A stretch of DNA of 64,000 nt from Truepera sp. Lineage in GTDB: Bacteria > Deinococcota > Deinococci > Deinococcales > Trueperaceae. The notes beneath the pieces are model-generated. The model was given only the letters and a program-made list of their open reading frames with translations. It did no database searches and was not told the DNA's origin. Of the stretch, positions 1-7,142 are shown one piece after another; the stretch's first letter is position 1, and each line of letters opens with the position of its first letter. The translations under genes were made by a program, and so were the position numbers. The DNA lies in assembly GCA_965218435.1 (NCBI GenBank), contig CBDCKW010000009.1, forward strand, positions 256,001 through 320,000. The letters run 5' to 3'.

Positions 1-1182
1 CATTACCGTTTTAGTCGCTGACGCTGAGCCGTTACTTGCTGTAAGGGTATAGGTCGTTGTCGCGGTTGGGCTAACAGACACACTCTTTTTACTTGTTACA
101 TCGCCCACACTATTATCAATGCTGAGCTTAGTCACAGTACCGGAAGTGCTCCATGAAAGCGTGCTGCTCTGACCACTGATGATAGTTGACGGGTCAGCTT
201 TGAATGAGTTGATTTTTGGTGCGGTCGGGCCTGGAGGTGTTACAGGCGGGTTGGGTGGGGTTGGGGGCGTCGGCGGGTTAGGCGGTGTTGGAGGATTTGG
301 TGGAGTCGGCGGATTCGGATTGGTCGGCGGCGGTGTCGTCGAGCCCCCCACGGTGACATAGCCCCGTGGCGGCTGGTTATACGGGTCACCCCCAGCTGTA
401 TCAGCAATCCGGGTCCGCAACACATACGCAAACTCACCACTGACACCCGGTAAAGCCGTGATGTTCGGCGTGCCCGCGGCAACCTTGATCGGATAAACAC
501 ACGTGATCGAAGTCTGAGTCCCGTCTAGCGCACACCCGGTTGTCTCCGCATTTAACGTAAAGCCGTTGACATCGGTGTCTTGTACCAGGTCAGCCATGAA
601 GTTTGCCGGACTACGGTTGGCTAAGTAGATGGTCACGCCGGTAACCGGGGCAGGGCCACTATAGGTAACTTGGGCGTAGAAGGTACCGCCGCTGGCAGGA
701 ACGTTGACGATTCGGGGGTCACCTGCTGTGATGCTGCCGTCGGCGTCACTCGTAAAGGGGCCGGTTTGTGACAAGCTGACGCCGAAAGAGACCGTCCGGC
801 TCCCGTCCGTTGGGGGCGTGACGGGACCGCCGACGGTTACGGTGGTCATCGCGTCGTCGCTGCCGCTGCTGTTGGTGGCCGTCAGGGTGTAGGTTGTCGT
901 GGCGGTCGGGGTCACGGTGGTGCTCACACCACTGATCGAACTGAGGTTGGTGCCGTCGCTGCCCTTTAGGCTGAGGCTGGTGGGGACGCCGGTAATGACC
1001 CAGTTAAGCGTGACCGGGGTACCGGCAGCGACGTTGGTTTGACTGGCGGTAAAGCTGGTGATTTGTGGTGCGCTGCTGTTATTACCGTCGCCTGAAACGC
1101 CCGGACAGGCCGTCAGCAAAAGCGCCAAGCCGCCCAAAAAAAGAGGCCAAAAGCGCCGGAGCGCCGGTTGTAAAGAGTGCAT
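1..1182 (-). CDS. Surface lipoprotein with Ig/PKD-like repeats and Pro-rich linker (3' end runs off the window); paralog of 5337..7142
   Basis: ATG at 1182 with GGAGG-like RBS; MHSLQPALRRFWPLFLGGLALLLTAC lipobox; sequence 353-1087 matches 6313-7047. Confidence 0.85.
   Translation of the reverse strand, partial: MHSLQPALRRFWPLFLGGLALLLTACPGVSGDGNNSSAPQITSFTASQTNVAAGTPVTLNWVITGVPTSLSLKGSDGTNLSSISGVSTTVTPTATTTYTLTATNSSGSDDAMTTVTVGGPVTPPTDGSRTVSFGVSLSQTGPFTSDADGSITAGDPRIVNVPASGGTFYAQVTYSGPAPVTGVTIYLANRSPANFMADLVQDTDVNGFTLNAETTGCALDGTQTSITCVYPIKVAAGTPNITALPGVSGEFAYVLRTRIADTAGGDPYNQPPRGYVTVGGSTTPPPTNPNPPTPPNPPTPPNPPTPPTPPNPPVTPPGPTAPKINSFKADPSTIISGQSSTLSWSTSGTVTKLSIDNSVGDVTSKKSVSVSPTATTTYTLTASNGSASATKTVM
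353..1087. repeat. ~735-bp direct repeat, copy 1 (inside lipoprotein gene 1)
   Basis: Line-by-line comparison shows no differences from 6313-7047 (offset 5960); ORF track gives identical 62-aa shadow ORFs at 704 and 6664. Confidence 0.9.
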
Positions 1183-1385
1183 AGTTATCTCCTCCAAACT
1201 AGCTGTGGTGTCCCCGTACACGCCTCACCCAATTAACGAAACCGTGTACTTCAGGGTCGGGCGTTATTATTTTAGACCTATCTTGGTAGCTGGCGTCAAG
1301 GTTTAGAGCGTTTTACGGCGAAACTTTACGGCGAATGGCAGGGTATAGCGAGGGCGGCTCGAGCCCCACCGACCGCACCCAGATG

Positions 1386-1615
1386 TTACGCCGCGTGCAA
1401 CAGCGTACTCAAAGCTTCAGGCAGGTTAGCCGCGACAAAACAGCTTTCAGGGTAGAGCTAAGCTTCGCCGGATTCGTCCGTAATTCGCAAAAACCCGATG
1501 TTTGGGCCTCATCGTCCGGTAAAACGCGGTAAAGCTTGTGCAGCTCGAGCAGAACCTCAAAGCCTATATAAACGCATACAGCGAAGCGTGGTTCGGTCGC
1601 CGCTAAACGACTCAT
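1386..1615 (-). pseudogene. Degenerate paralog of the 78-aa protein at 2649..2885 (putative antitoxin/immunity)
   Basis: MSRLAATEPRFAVC..ELHKLYRVLPDD aligns with MDELRATDPRFVVC..ELHKIYRVLTDD; after a frameshift it reads GFLRITDESGEA*LYPESCFVAANLPEALSTLLHAA* versus GFLRVLDESGEDYLYPKAYFVAIDLPEALRDMLLHAA. Confidence 0.85.
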
Positions 1616-1646
1616 AGTTGGGGAGAGCCTAACACAAGTGTTTCAG

Positions 1647-1689
1647 AACCCTCGAGCCGCCCCCAAAGCCGCTGTAAAAAAGCTCGAGC
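1647..1689 (+). repeat. Twin-CTCGAG junction element, copy 1
   Basis: AACCCTCGAGC-cgcccccaaagccgctgt-AAAAAAGCTCGAGC; recurs at 3161, 3835, 5208. Confidence 0.85.
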
Positions 1690-1721
1690 TGTGGGAAGCT
1701 ATAGGTCAACACCCGAGGTTT

Positions 1722-1937
1722 TTACGCCAAAAAGTCGTACACCGGCGTCTGCAACATCCTTTTTGGTTCTCTCTGACCCCACGCCATACGCTGAAGCTTT
1801 TCGACCGTCTCCGGCGCAAAAAGCTGCTCACCTGTTTGAAGACTTACTCTGGCAGGTACATTTTCAATGATGACGAGTTTTCCCTGCACCTCGAGGGTGT
1901 AGGTCACGGTGCGCTCTACGAATTCTTCAGGTATCAC
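1722..1937 (-). CDS. YgiT-type (MqsA-like) antitoxin, cysteine-less variant
   Basis: VTYTLEVQGKLVIIENVPARV..TGEQLFAPETVEKLQ..PVYDF signature; AGGAGG then GTG at 1937; overlaps DUF4258 stop. Confidence 0.8.
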   Translation of the reverse strand: MIPEEFVERTVTYTLEVQGKLVIIENVPARVSLQTGEQLFAPETVEKLQRMAWGQREPKRMLQTPVYDFLA

Positions 1938-2256
1938 CTTTTTGCCTCCTCTCTCTAAAGTTAAACCATAATGTCGGGTCAGGTTCGTAAAGTGTAACGA
2001 TTTTAATAAGCGCACGTGACGGGTAGCTACACTGAATGTGAAGAGGTCGCTGAGAGTCAGTAAAACCTAACAGTAGGCAACTTGGGCCGTACTTATCATA
2101 CGGGTAGTCTTCGATGATCTCAGCTTCGAGTAGGGCTTCACGCAGCTCTGCAAACGTAATGCGGCGTAAAATGCTCTGGTCAACGGCGTGACGCGAGAAC
2201 TCGTACTCACCTAAAGCAATTTTTGTGCAGATTTCGTCAGCGAGGGCCACCTGCAA
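1927..2256 (-). CDS. DUF4258 family putative toxin
   Basis: YEFSRHAVDQSILRRI..EIIEDYPYDKYGPSCLLLG..RPLHIQC..IVTLYEPDPTLW motif; typical partner of YgiT-type proteins. Confidence 0.85.
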   Translation of the reverse strand: MQVALADEICTKIALGEYEFSRHAVDQSILRRITFAELREALLEAEIIEDYPYDKYGPSCLLLGFTDSQRPLHIQCSYPSRALIKIVTLYEPDPTLWFNFRERRQKGDT

Positions 2257-2339
2257 GAGTTTAACCGTTTACCTACTGCTGTTTTACGTGTCTTAAGAGC
2301 AACGACAAAATCTTCTCGAGTCCCAAGGAGGGCTTAAAC

Positions 2340-2594
2340 TTAAGAAACAGCTTTATGCGCTTCGGCGTAAAGTTTTAAGGCTGCGTTGACCCGCGTTTCG
2401 TAATCCTCTTGCGCTTGAAACCAAGCCAGCACCCTCGAGTCTATTTCGAGTGTCACGGCTGTTCGGCGTTCGGGTAAACGCAACTCGGCCCGTCTGAAAA
2501 AATTTTCGTCAAGCAGACCCTCGCTGGTGTCAATCTCAGCGTCGGTCAGGGCGTCTACCTTAGCCCAATCGGTCTTTGACGGGTTCTCTTTCAC
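2340..2594 (-). CDS. BrnA-family antitoxin (orphan)
   Basis: SKTDWAKVDALTDAEID..FFRRAEL..VTLEIDSRVLAWFQAQ.DYETRVNAALKLY. Confidence 0.85.
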   Translation of the reverse strand: MKENPSKTDWAKVDALTDAEIDTSEGLLDENFFRRAELRLPERRTAVTLEIDSRVLAWFQAQEDYETRVNAALKLYAEAHKAVS

Positions 2595-2648
2595 AGCCTC
2601 AACAAGTTTGCGCTCATGGCTTACGGCCTTTTGTAAGTGAGGTTGCGT

Positions 2649-2885
2649 CTAAGCCGCGTGCAGCAGCATATCTCTTAATGCTTCAGGTAAGTCTATCGCG
2701 ACAAAGTAAGCTTTGGGATAAAGGTAATCTTCACCGGATTCGTCTAGCACACGCAGAAACCCGACCTTTTCGGCGGCGTCATCGGTTAAAACGCGGTAAA
2801 TTTTGTGCAACTCGAGCGAAACCTCATAGTCTGTATTTTGAATACACACAACAAATCGTGGGTCGGTTGCTCTTAATTCGTCCAT
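2649..2885 (-). CDS. 78-aa acidic small protein, putative antitoxin/immunity protein
   Basis: Intact ORF with RVLDESGEDYLYP motif, 10 bp downstream of 2896..3129; degenerate paralog at 1386..1615. Confidence 0.7.
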   Translation of the reverse strand: MDELRATDPRFVVCIQNTDYEVSLELHKIYRVLTDDAAEKVGFLRVLDESGEDYLYPKAYFVAIDLPEALRDMLLHAA

Positions 2886-2895
2886 ACCTATCAGC

Positions 2896-3129
2896 TTAGT
2901 CCAAAAAGCGTTTAATCTTAAATTCTTTGCGACCGATTCCGTTAGCTTCGTACCAGTGAAGCTCTACCCTTCGTAGTGTGTCACCGGCCAGCGAAACGAC
3001 AGCCACACCTTTGAGTTTACGCCAACGACCGGGGCCGTATATTTTTTGTAGGCGAGCCAATTCACGGATACCGTTTCCAGCTGCGATAGTTTCTATTTCG
3101 GTGATGGTACCGATAATTTCAAAGTGCAT
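2896..3129 (-). CDS. 77-aa basic small protein, putative toxin
   Basis: Intact ORF with WRKLKG..ELHWYEANGIGRKEFKIKRFL motif; two-gene unit inside a TA array. Confidence 0.7.
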   Translation of the reverse strand: MHFEIIGTITEIETIAAGNGIRELARLQKIYGPGRWRKLKGVAVVSLAGDTLRRVELHWYEANGIGRKEFKIKRFLD

Positions 3130-3160
3130 CGCTTGGGAAAGCCTAGCACAAGCATTTTAG

Positions 3161-3199
3161 AACCCTCGAGCCCATTAGAGTAGCCAGAAAAGCTCGAGC
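3161..3199 (+). repeat. Twin-CTCGAG junction element, copy 2
   Basis: AACCCTCGAGC-ccattagagtagccag-AAAAGCTCGAGC, followed by TATACT-6nt-ATG. Confidence 0.85.
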
Positions 3200-3217
3200 G
3201 TCCGCTATACTGACGTC

Positions 3218-3469
3218 ATGATGACCCAAGACGCTGAGCTGCTCGAGCGCATCACCCTCATTCCAGAGTTGATGGGCGGTAAACCAACCGTCCGGGGGTT
3301 GCGAATTACTGTAGAGCAGCTTCTTTCGGCTCTTGCCCACGGGGTCAGCGAAGCCGACCTGCTAGACGATTACCCGGAGCTGAGCCGCGACGACATTGCC
3401 GCCGCTCTCCTCTACGCAGGTACGCTCGTGGCTGAAGAACGCGTCATTCCTATTACCGACGCGGCCTAA
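3218..3469 (+). CDS. DUF433 antitoxin
   Basis: RITLIPELMGGKPTVRGLRITVEQLL..LLDDYPELSRDDIAAALLYA. Confidence 0.9.
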   Translation: MMTQDAELLERITLIPELMGGKPTVRGLRITVEQLLSALAHGVSEADLLDDYPELSRDDIAAALLYAGTLVAEERVIPITDAA

Positions 3470-3478
3470 AGCATTTTT

Positions 3479-3826
3479 ATGAAATTCTTGTTCGACGTCG
3501 GTGTCGGACGAAAAGCCGAGCAGTTTTTAGCAGCGCAAGGCCACGACGTTCAAGCTGTCCGTGACCTCGACCCAAGGTTGCCTGACAGCGATATTCTTGA
3601 TATTGCCGTCTCTGAAATGCGACTCGTCGTGACGATGGATAAGGATTTTGGTGAACTGGTCTACCGCTCGAGGCGCGCCCACGCCGGGGTGTTGTTATTA
3701 CGCCTAGAGGCTGCGACAGGTGACGAAAAGGTAGCCATAATCAAGACCCTTATCGAAAACTACGCGGGCGACATAGCCGGTCGGTTTGCGGTTTATCAAA
3801 ACGGCAAGTTAAGGATTAGACGGTGA
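3479..3826 (+). CDS. DUF5615 PIN-like toxin
   Basis: MKFLFDVGV..GHDV..DSDILDIAVSEMRLVVTMDKDFGELVY..HAGVLLLRL; paired with DUF433. Confidence 0.9.
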   Translation: MKFLFDVGVGRKAEQFLAAQGHDVQAVRDLDPRLPDSDILDIAVSEMRLVVTMDKDFGELVYRSRRAHAGVLLLRLEAATGDEKVAIIKTLIENYAGDIAGRFAVYQNGKLRIRR

Positions 3827-3834
3827 ATGAAGCA

Positions 3835-3875
3835 AACCCTCGAGCCCACCCAAGTCCCCCTAAAAAAGCTCGAGC
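3835..3875 (+). repeat. Twin-CTCGAG junction element, copy 3
   Basis: AACCCTCGAGC-ccacccaagtccccct-AAAAAAGCTCGAGC filling the gap between convergent toxin genes. Confidence 0.85.
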
Positions 3876-4270
3876 TACAGCTGTTCCAGCTTCTCAGCCA
3901 ATATGCCTACAACGTCAGCTTTACTTAAACGCCCTTCCGCGACCCCTAAAACCAAGTCAAACTTTTCATCTTGAGAGAGCCCGAGGCGAAGGCCGTTTAA
4001 CCGTAAAAAAGTAGCTGTTACCGCGTAAGCCGTACGTTTGTTGCCGTCTATAAAGGGATGATTCCGAACCAAGCCGATGAGATAGCTCGCGGCCATTTCA
4101 GCAAAACCCGTATTCAAACGTTGTCCGCCAAAACTCGCCTGGGGTGAAGCTAGCGCAGACCCCAACAGCCCCATGTCCCGAAGGCCGAACGACCCGCCGA
4201 AACGTTCGATGAGCGTGTCATGGATTTGTAACACGGTCGGCAAGGTTAGAAAGACGGGTTCTTCAGGCGT
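3875..4270 (-). CDS. doc: Fic/Doc family toxin (start uncertain: ACG at 4270 or TTG at 4243)
   Basis: HPFIDGNKRTA Fic motif; IHDTLIERFGGSFGLRDMGLLGSALASP. Confidence 0.85.
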   Translation of the reverse strand, partial: TPEEPVFLTLPTVLQIHDTLIERFGGSFGLRDMGLLGSALASPQASFGGQRLNTGFAEMAASYLIGLVRNHPFIDGNKRTAYAVTATFLRLNGLRLGLSQDEKFDLVLGVAEGRLSKADVVGILAEKLEQL

Positions 4271-4493
4271 TGGAAAGTCGCCCCAACACCGTTTCGTCTT
4301 CTGCCAAGACCGCCCCGAACGCCATTGCCGCCCGCACTTCACCCTTTTCCAAACCGGGCGCGTGAAGCGTCAGCACCTTGCCCAGCAGCTGCACCTCGAC
4401 CTCTCCACCTGAAGGGACGCCCAACAGCTCGAGCGTCTCCTTACCTAAAATGATGGCTTGAGAGTTCCCTACTTTGGTCAGCTTTTTGCGCAT
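4263..4493 (-). CDS. AbrB/MazE-like antitoxin of Doc
   Basis: MRKKLTKVGNSQAIILGKETLELLG swapped-hairpin N-terminus; GTTATAAC palindrome upstream. Confidence 0.85.
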   Translation of the reverse strand: MRKKLTKVGNSQAIILGKETLELLGVPSGGEVEVQLLGKVLTLHAPGLEKGEVRAAMAFGAVLAEDETVLGRLSNA

Positions 4494-4568
4494 TACGGCC
4501 TCCTGTTAAGACGATGTTATAACGGCTGATGGGTAAAAGAAAGCTCGAGCATCCCCTATAATGACGCC

Positions 4569-4796
4569 ATGACTCAGCTCATCCTCAAATTAGATGAAGA
4601 AACAGTCTCAAAAGTACAAGAAGCTGCCGAACGCGAAGGGTTGACACGTGACGAATGGCTTGTGAAGCTTGTTGAAGAGCGACTGAGTAAAAGCTGGCCC
4701 GCTTCAGTCAGGCAACTTAGTGGCGCTTGGCCCGACTTTCCCGACGCGGAAACGTTGCGGGAGCATCACCAAGACGTACCCCGCGAAACGTTTTAG
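4569..4796 (+). CDS. RHH/CopG-like antitoxin (VapB-like)
   Basis: MTQLILKLDEET..AAEREGLT..W..SWPASVRQLSGAWPDFPDAETLR; TATAAT-6nt-ATG; overlaps PIN gene start. Confidence 0.8.
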   Translation: MTQLILKLDEETVSKVQEAAEREGLTRDEWLVKLVEERLSKSWPASVRQLSGAWPDFPDAETLREHHQDVPRETF

Positions 4797-5195
4797 TGTT
4801 CGCGCTTGATACAAACACGGTTATCTACTATTTCAAAGGTTTAGGCGGCGTTTCCGACCGTTTACTTGCCACCCTACCGCGAGAGGTCGCTATACCCGGC
4901 ATCGTTGTCTATGAGCTGGAGCGTGGCGTCCTGAAAGCAGGATCGTCCAAAAAACGAGAACAACTTGCTCTATTTTTGCTTTTACCATTTTGCCTTTTGG
5001 ACGCACCGAAGGAGCAGCAGCGGCACAATTAGTGGCGAGCTCGAGGCGTGTGGTCTACCTATCGGCCCCTTAGACGTCCTTATTGCAGGCACAGCTCTAG
5101 CGCATGGCGCAACCCTGGTAACCCGCAATCTTAGAGAGTTCAGCCGGGTTGAAGGTTTGAAAGTTATAAGTTGGTACGACGAGAGTAACCCTTGA
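4796..5195 (+). pseudogene. vapC: VapC PIN toxin, double frameshift
   Basis: VFALDTNTVIY.. in one frame, TILPFGRTEGAAAAQ in a second, GELEACGLPIGPLDVLIAGTALAHGATLVTRNLREFSRVEGL in a third. Confidence 0.85.
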
Positions 5196-5207
5196 TAGCT
5201 GGTGCAA

Positions 5208-5272
5208 AACCCTCGAGTCTCCCCAAAGCCGCCGTAAAAAAGCTCGAGCCCCCGCTTTAGGAGGGCTCGAGC
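5208..5272 (+). repeat. Twin-CTCGAG junction element, copy 4, with a third GCTCGAGC
   Basis: AACCCTCGAGT-ctccccaaagccgccgt-AAAAAAGCTCGAGC, nearly identical to 1647-1689; extra GCTCGAGC at 5265. Confidence 0.85.
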
Positions 5273-5336
5273 TGAATAAGAGAAGTAGTTAGAGTTCGAC
5301 TGACTCACAACCTACTTGTGTACGGAATAACGTTGT

Positions 5337-7142
5337 CTACTCGCCGTCATATGTGACCGAGTTATCCTTAGTAGTTGATGCAGTATTCGGGTTCCCTGCC
5401 TTGTCAGTTGCCCTGGCTTCACCTATAAAGACTTTGATTGTCTCACCTTTTTTCATTCCAGCTATGGAAATAGTGTAAGTGGTGGGACCCCCTTGTAAAG
5501 AAGCATTAGCTGTTGTACTTCCTTCAATCGTCACATCGTCTCTTGCAAAGCCTAGTATTTCCTCACTAAAAGTAGCGGTAAATCTTATGGGGCTAGTGGT
5601 TGCAGGATCAACTTGTCCGTTGGCCTGTTTGATGGTTACACTCGGCGCAGTCGCGTCTACAGATCTGACTTCGACATTTACATCGTCAAAAACTGATTTG
5701 CCATTAGTGGCAGTTAACCTTAATGTATAGTTTCCGGCTTCCTCAAATGTAGCATTCGTGTCTTCTGAAATGGAGTCAGAGAAAACTACGTTTCCGGGGT
5801 TAGCACCAGTGGCTGTCCATCGATATGTTGTAGTACCAGTGGTAGGCTCATTTTCTGTACTAGCTTGTAGAGAGACCATTGCTAACCCCTGAGCGTTGAG
5901 CGTTACAGGTTCAACGGCTTCAATACTTACAGTAAATGCTGGTGTTTCGGTAACACCGCCAACCTTAACAGTTGCGGTTTTCGTCGTTGACGCTGAGCCG
6001 TTCTTCGCTGTGAGCGTGTAGGTCGTCGTCTTAGTTGGGCTGACAGACTTGCTCGTCGTACCTGTCACAGTTCCTACACCGTTACTGATACTGAGTGAGG
6101 TCACGGTGCCGGAAGTGCTCCATGAAAGCTTGCTGCTCTGACCACTGGTGATAGTTGACGGGTCAGCTTTGAATGAGTTGATTTTTGGTGCAGTCGGGCC
6201 TGGAGGTGTTACAGGAGGATTCGTGGGCGGCGGATTTGTAGGCGGCGGATTTGTAGGCGGCGGATTTGTAGGTGGTGGGTTGGTTGGCGGTGGTGTCGTC
6301 GAGCCCCCCACAGTGACATAGCCCCGTGGCGGCTGGTTATACGGGTCACCCCCAGCTGTATCAGCAATCCGGGTCCGCAACACATACGCAAACTCACCAC
6401 TGACACCCGGTAAAGCCGTGATGTTCGGCGTGCCCGCGGCAACCTTGATCGGATAAACACACGTGATCGAAGTCTGAGTCCCGTCTAGCGCACACCCGGT
6501 TGTCTCCGCATTTAACGTAAAGCCGTTGACATCGGTGTCTTGTACCAGGTCAGCCATGAAGTTTGCCGGACTACGGTTGGCTAAGTAGATGGTCACGCCG
6601 GTAACCGGGGCAGGGCCACTATAGGTAACTTGGGCGTAGAAGGTACCGCCGCTGGCAGGAACGTTGACGATTCGGGGGTCACCTGCTGTGATGCTGCCGT
6701 CGGCGTCACTCGTAAAGGGGCCGGTTTGTGACAAGCTGACGCCGAAAGAGACCGTCCGGCTCCCGTCCGTTGGGGGCGTGACGGGACCGCCGACGGTTAC
6801 GGTGGTCATCGCGTCGTCGCTGCCGCTGCTGTTGGTGGCCGTCAGGGTGTAGGTTGTCGTGGCGGTCGGGGTCACGGTGGTGCTCACACCACTGATCGAA
6901 CTGAGGTTGGTGCCGTCGCTGCCCTTTAGGCTGAGGCTGGTGGGGACGCCGGTAATGACCCAGTTAAGCGTGACCGGGGTACCGGCAGCGACGTTGGTTT
7001 GACTGGCGGTAAAGCTGGTGATTTGTGGTGCGCTGCTGTTATTACCGCCGCCCGAAACGCCGGGGCAGGCGGTCAAAAGAACCGTCAGCGCGGCGAATAG
7101 TAGCAGGGGCGCGAACCTGGCTAGCTTGTGTTTTGTGTGCAT
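5337..7142 (-). CDS. Surface lipoprotein, 601 aa, Ig/PKD-like domains with PPPTN repeats
   Basis: LLTAC lipobox, AGGAG RBS, TTTYTLTATN repeats, (PPPTN)x4 linker. Confidence 0.85.
   Translation of the reverse strand: MHTKHKLARFAPLLLFAALTVLLTACPGVSGGGNNSSAPQITSFTASQTNVAAGTPVTLNWVITGVPTSLSLKGSDGTNLSSISGVSTTVTPTATTTYTLTATNSSGSDDAMTTVTVGGPVTPPTDGSRTVSFGVSLSQTGPFTSDADGSITAGDPRIVNVPASGGTFYAQVTYSGPAPVTGVTIYLANRSPANFMADLVQDTDVNGFTLNAETTGCALDGTQTSITCVYPIKVAAGTPNITALPGVSGEFAYVLRTRIADTAGGDPYNQPPRGYVTVGGSTTPPPTNPPPTNPPPTNPPPTNPPPTNPPVTPPGPTAPKINSFKADPSTITSGQSSKLSWSTSGTVTSLSISNGVGTVTGTTSKSVSPTKTTTYTLTAKNGSASTTKTATVKVGGVTETPAFTVSIEAVEPVTLNAQGLAMVSLQASTENEPTTGTTTYRWTATGANPGNVVFSDSISEDTNATFEEAGNYTLRLTATNGKSVFDDVNVEVRSVDATAPSVTIKQANGQVDPATTSPIRFTATFSEEILGFARDDVTIEGSTTANASLQGGPTTYTISIAGMKKGETIKVFIGEARATDKAGNPNTASTTKDNSVTYDGE
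6313..7047. repeat. ~735-bp direct repeat, copy 2
   Basis: Matches 353-1087. Confidence 0.9.

Noticed and set aside
179..361. Gly-rich 60-aa ORF on the + strand
   Set aside because: It is the antisense shadow of the Pro-rich linker of the minus-strand lipoprotein.
1647..5249. Junction repeats as a CRISPR array or canonical integron attC sites
   Set aside because: Spacers are whole genes of variable length, the repeats are degenerate, no cas or intI gene is present, and RYYYAAC/GTTRRRY ends are missing.
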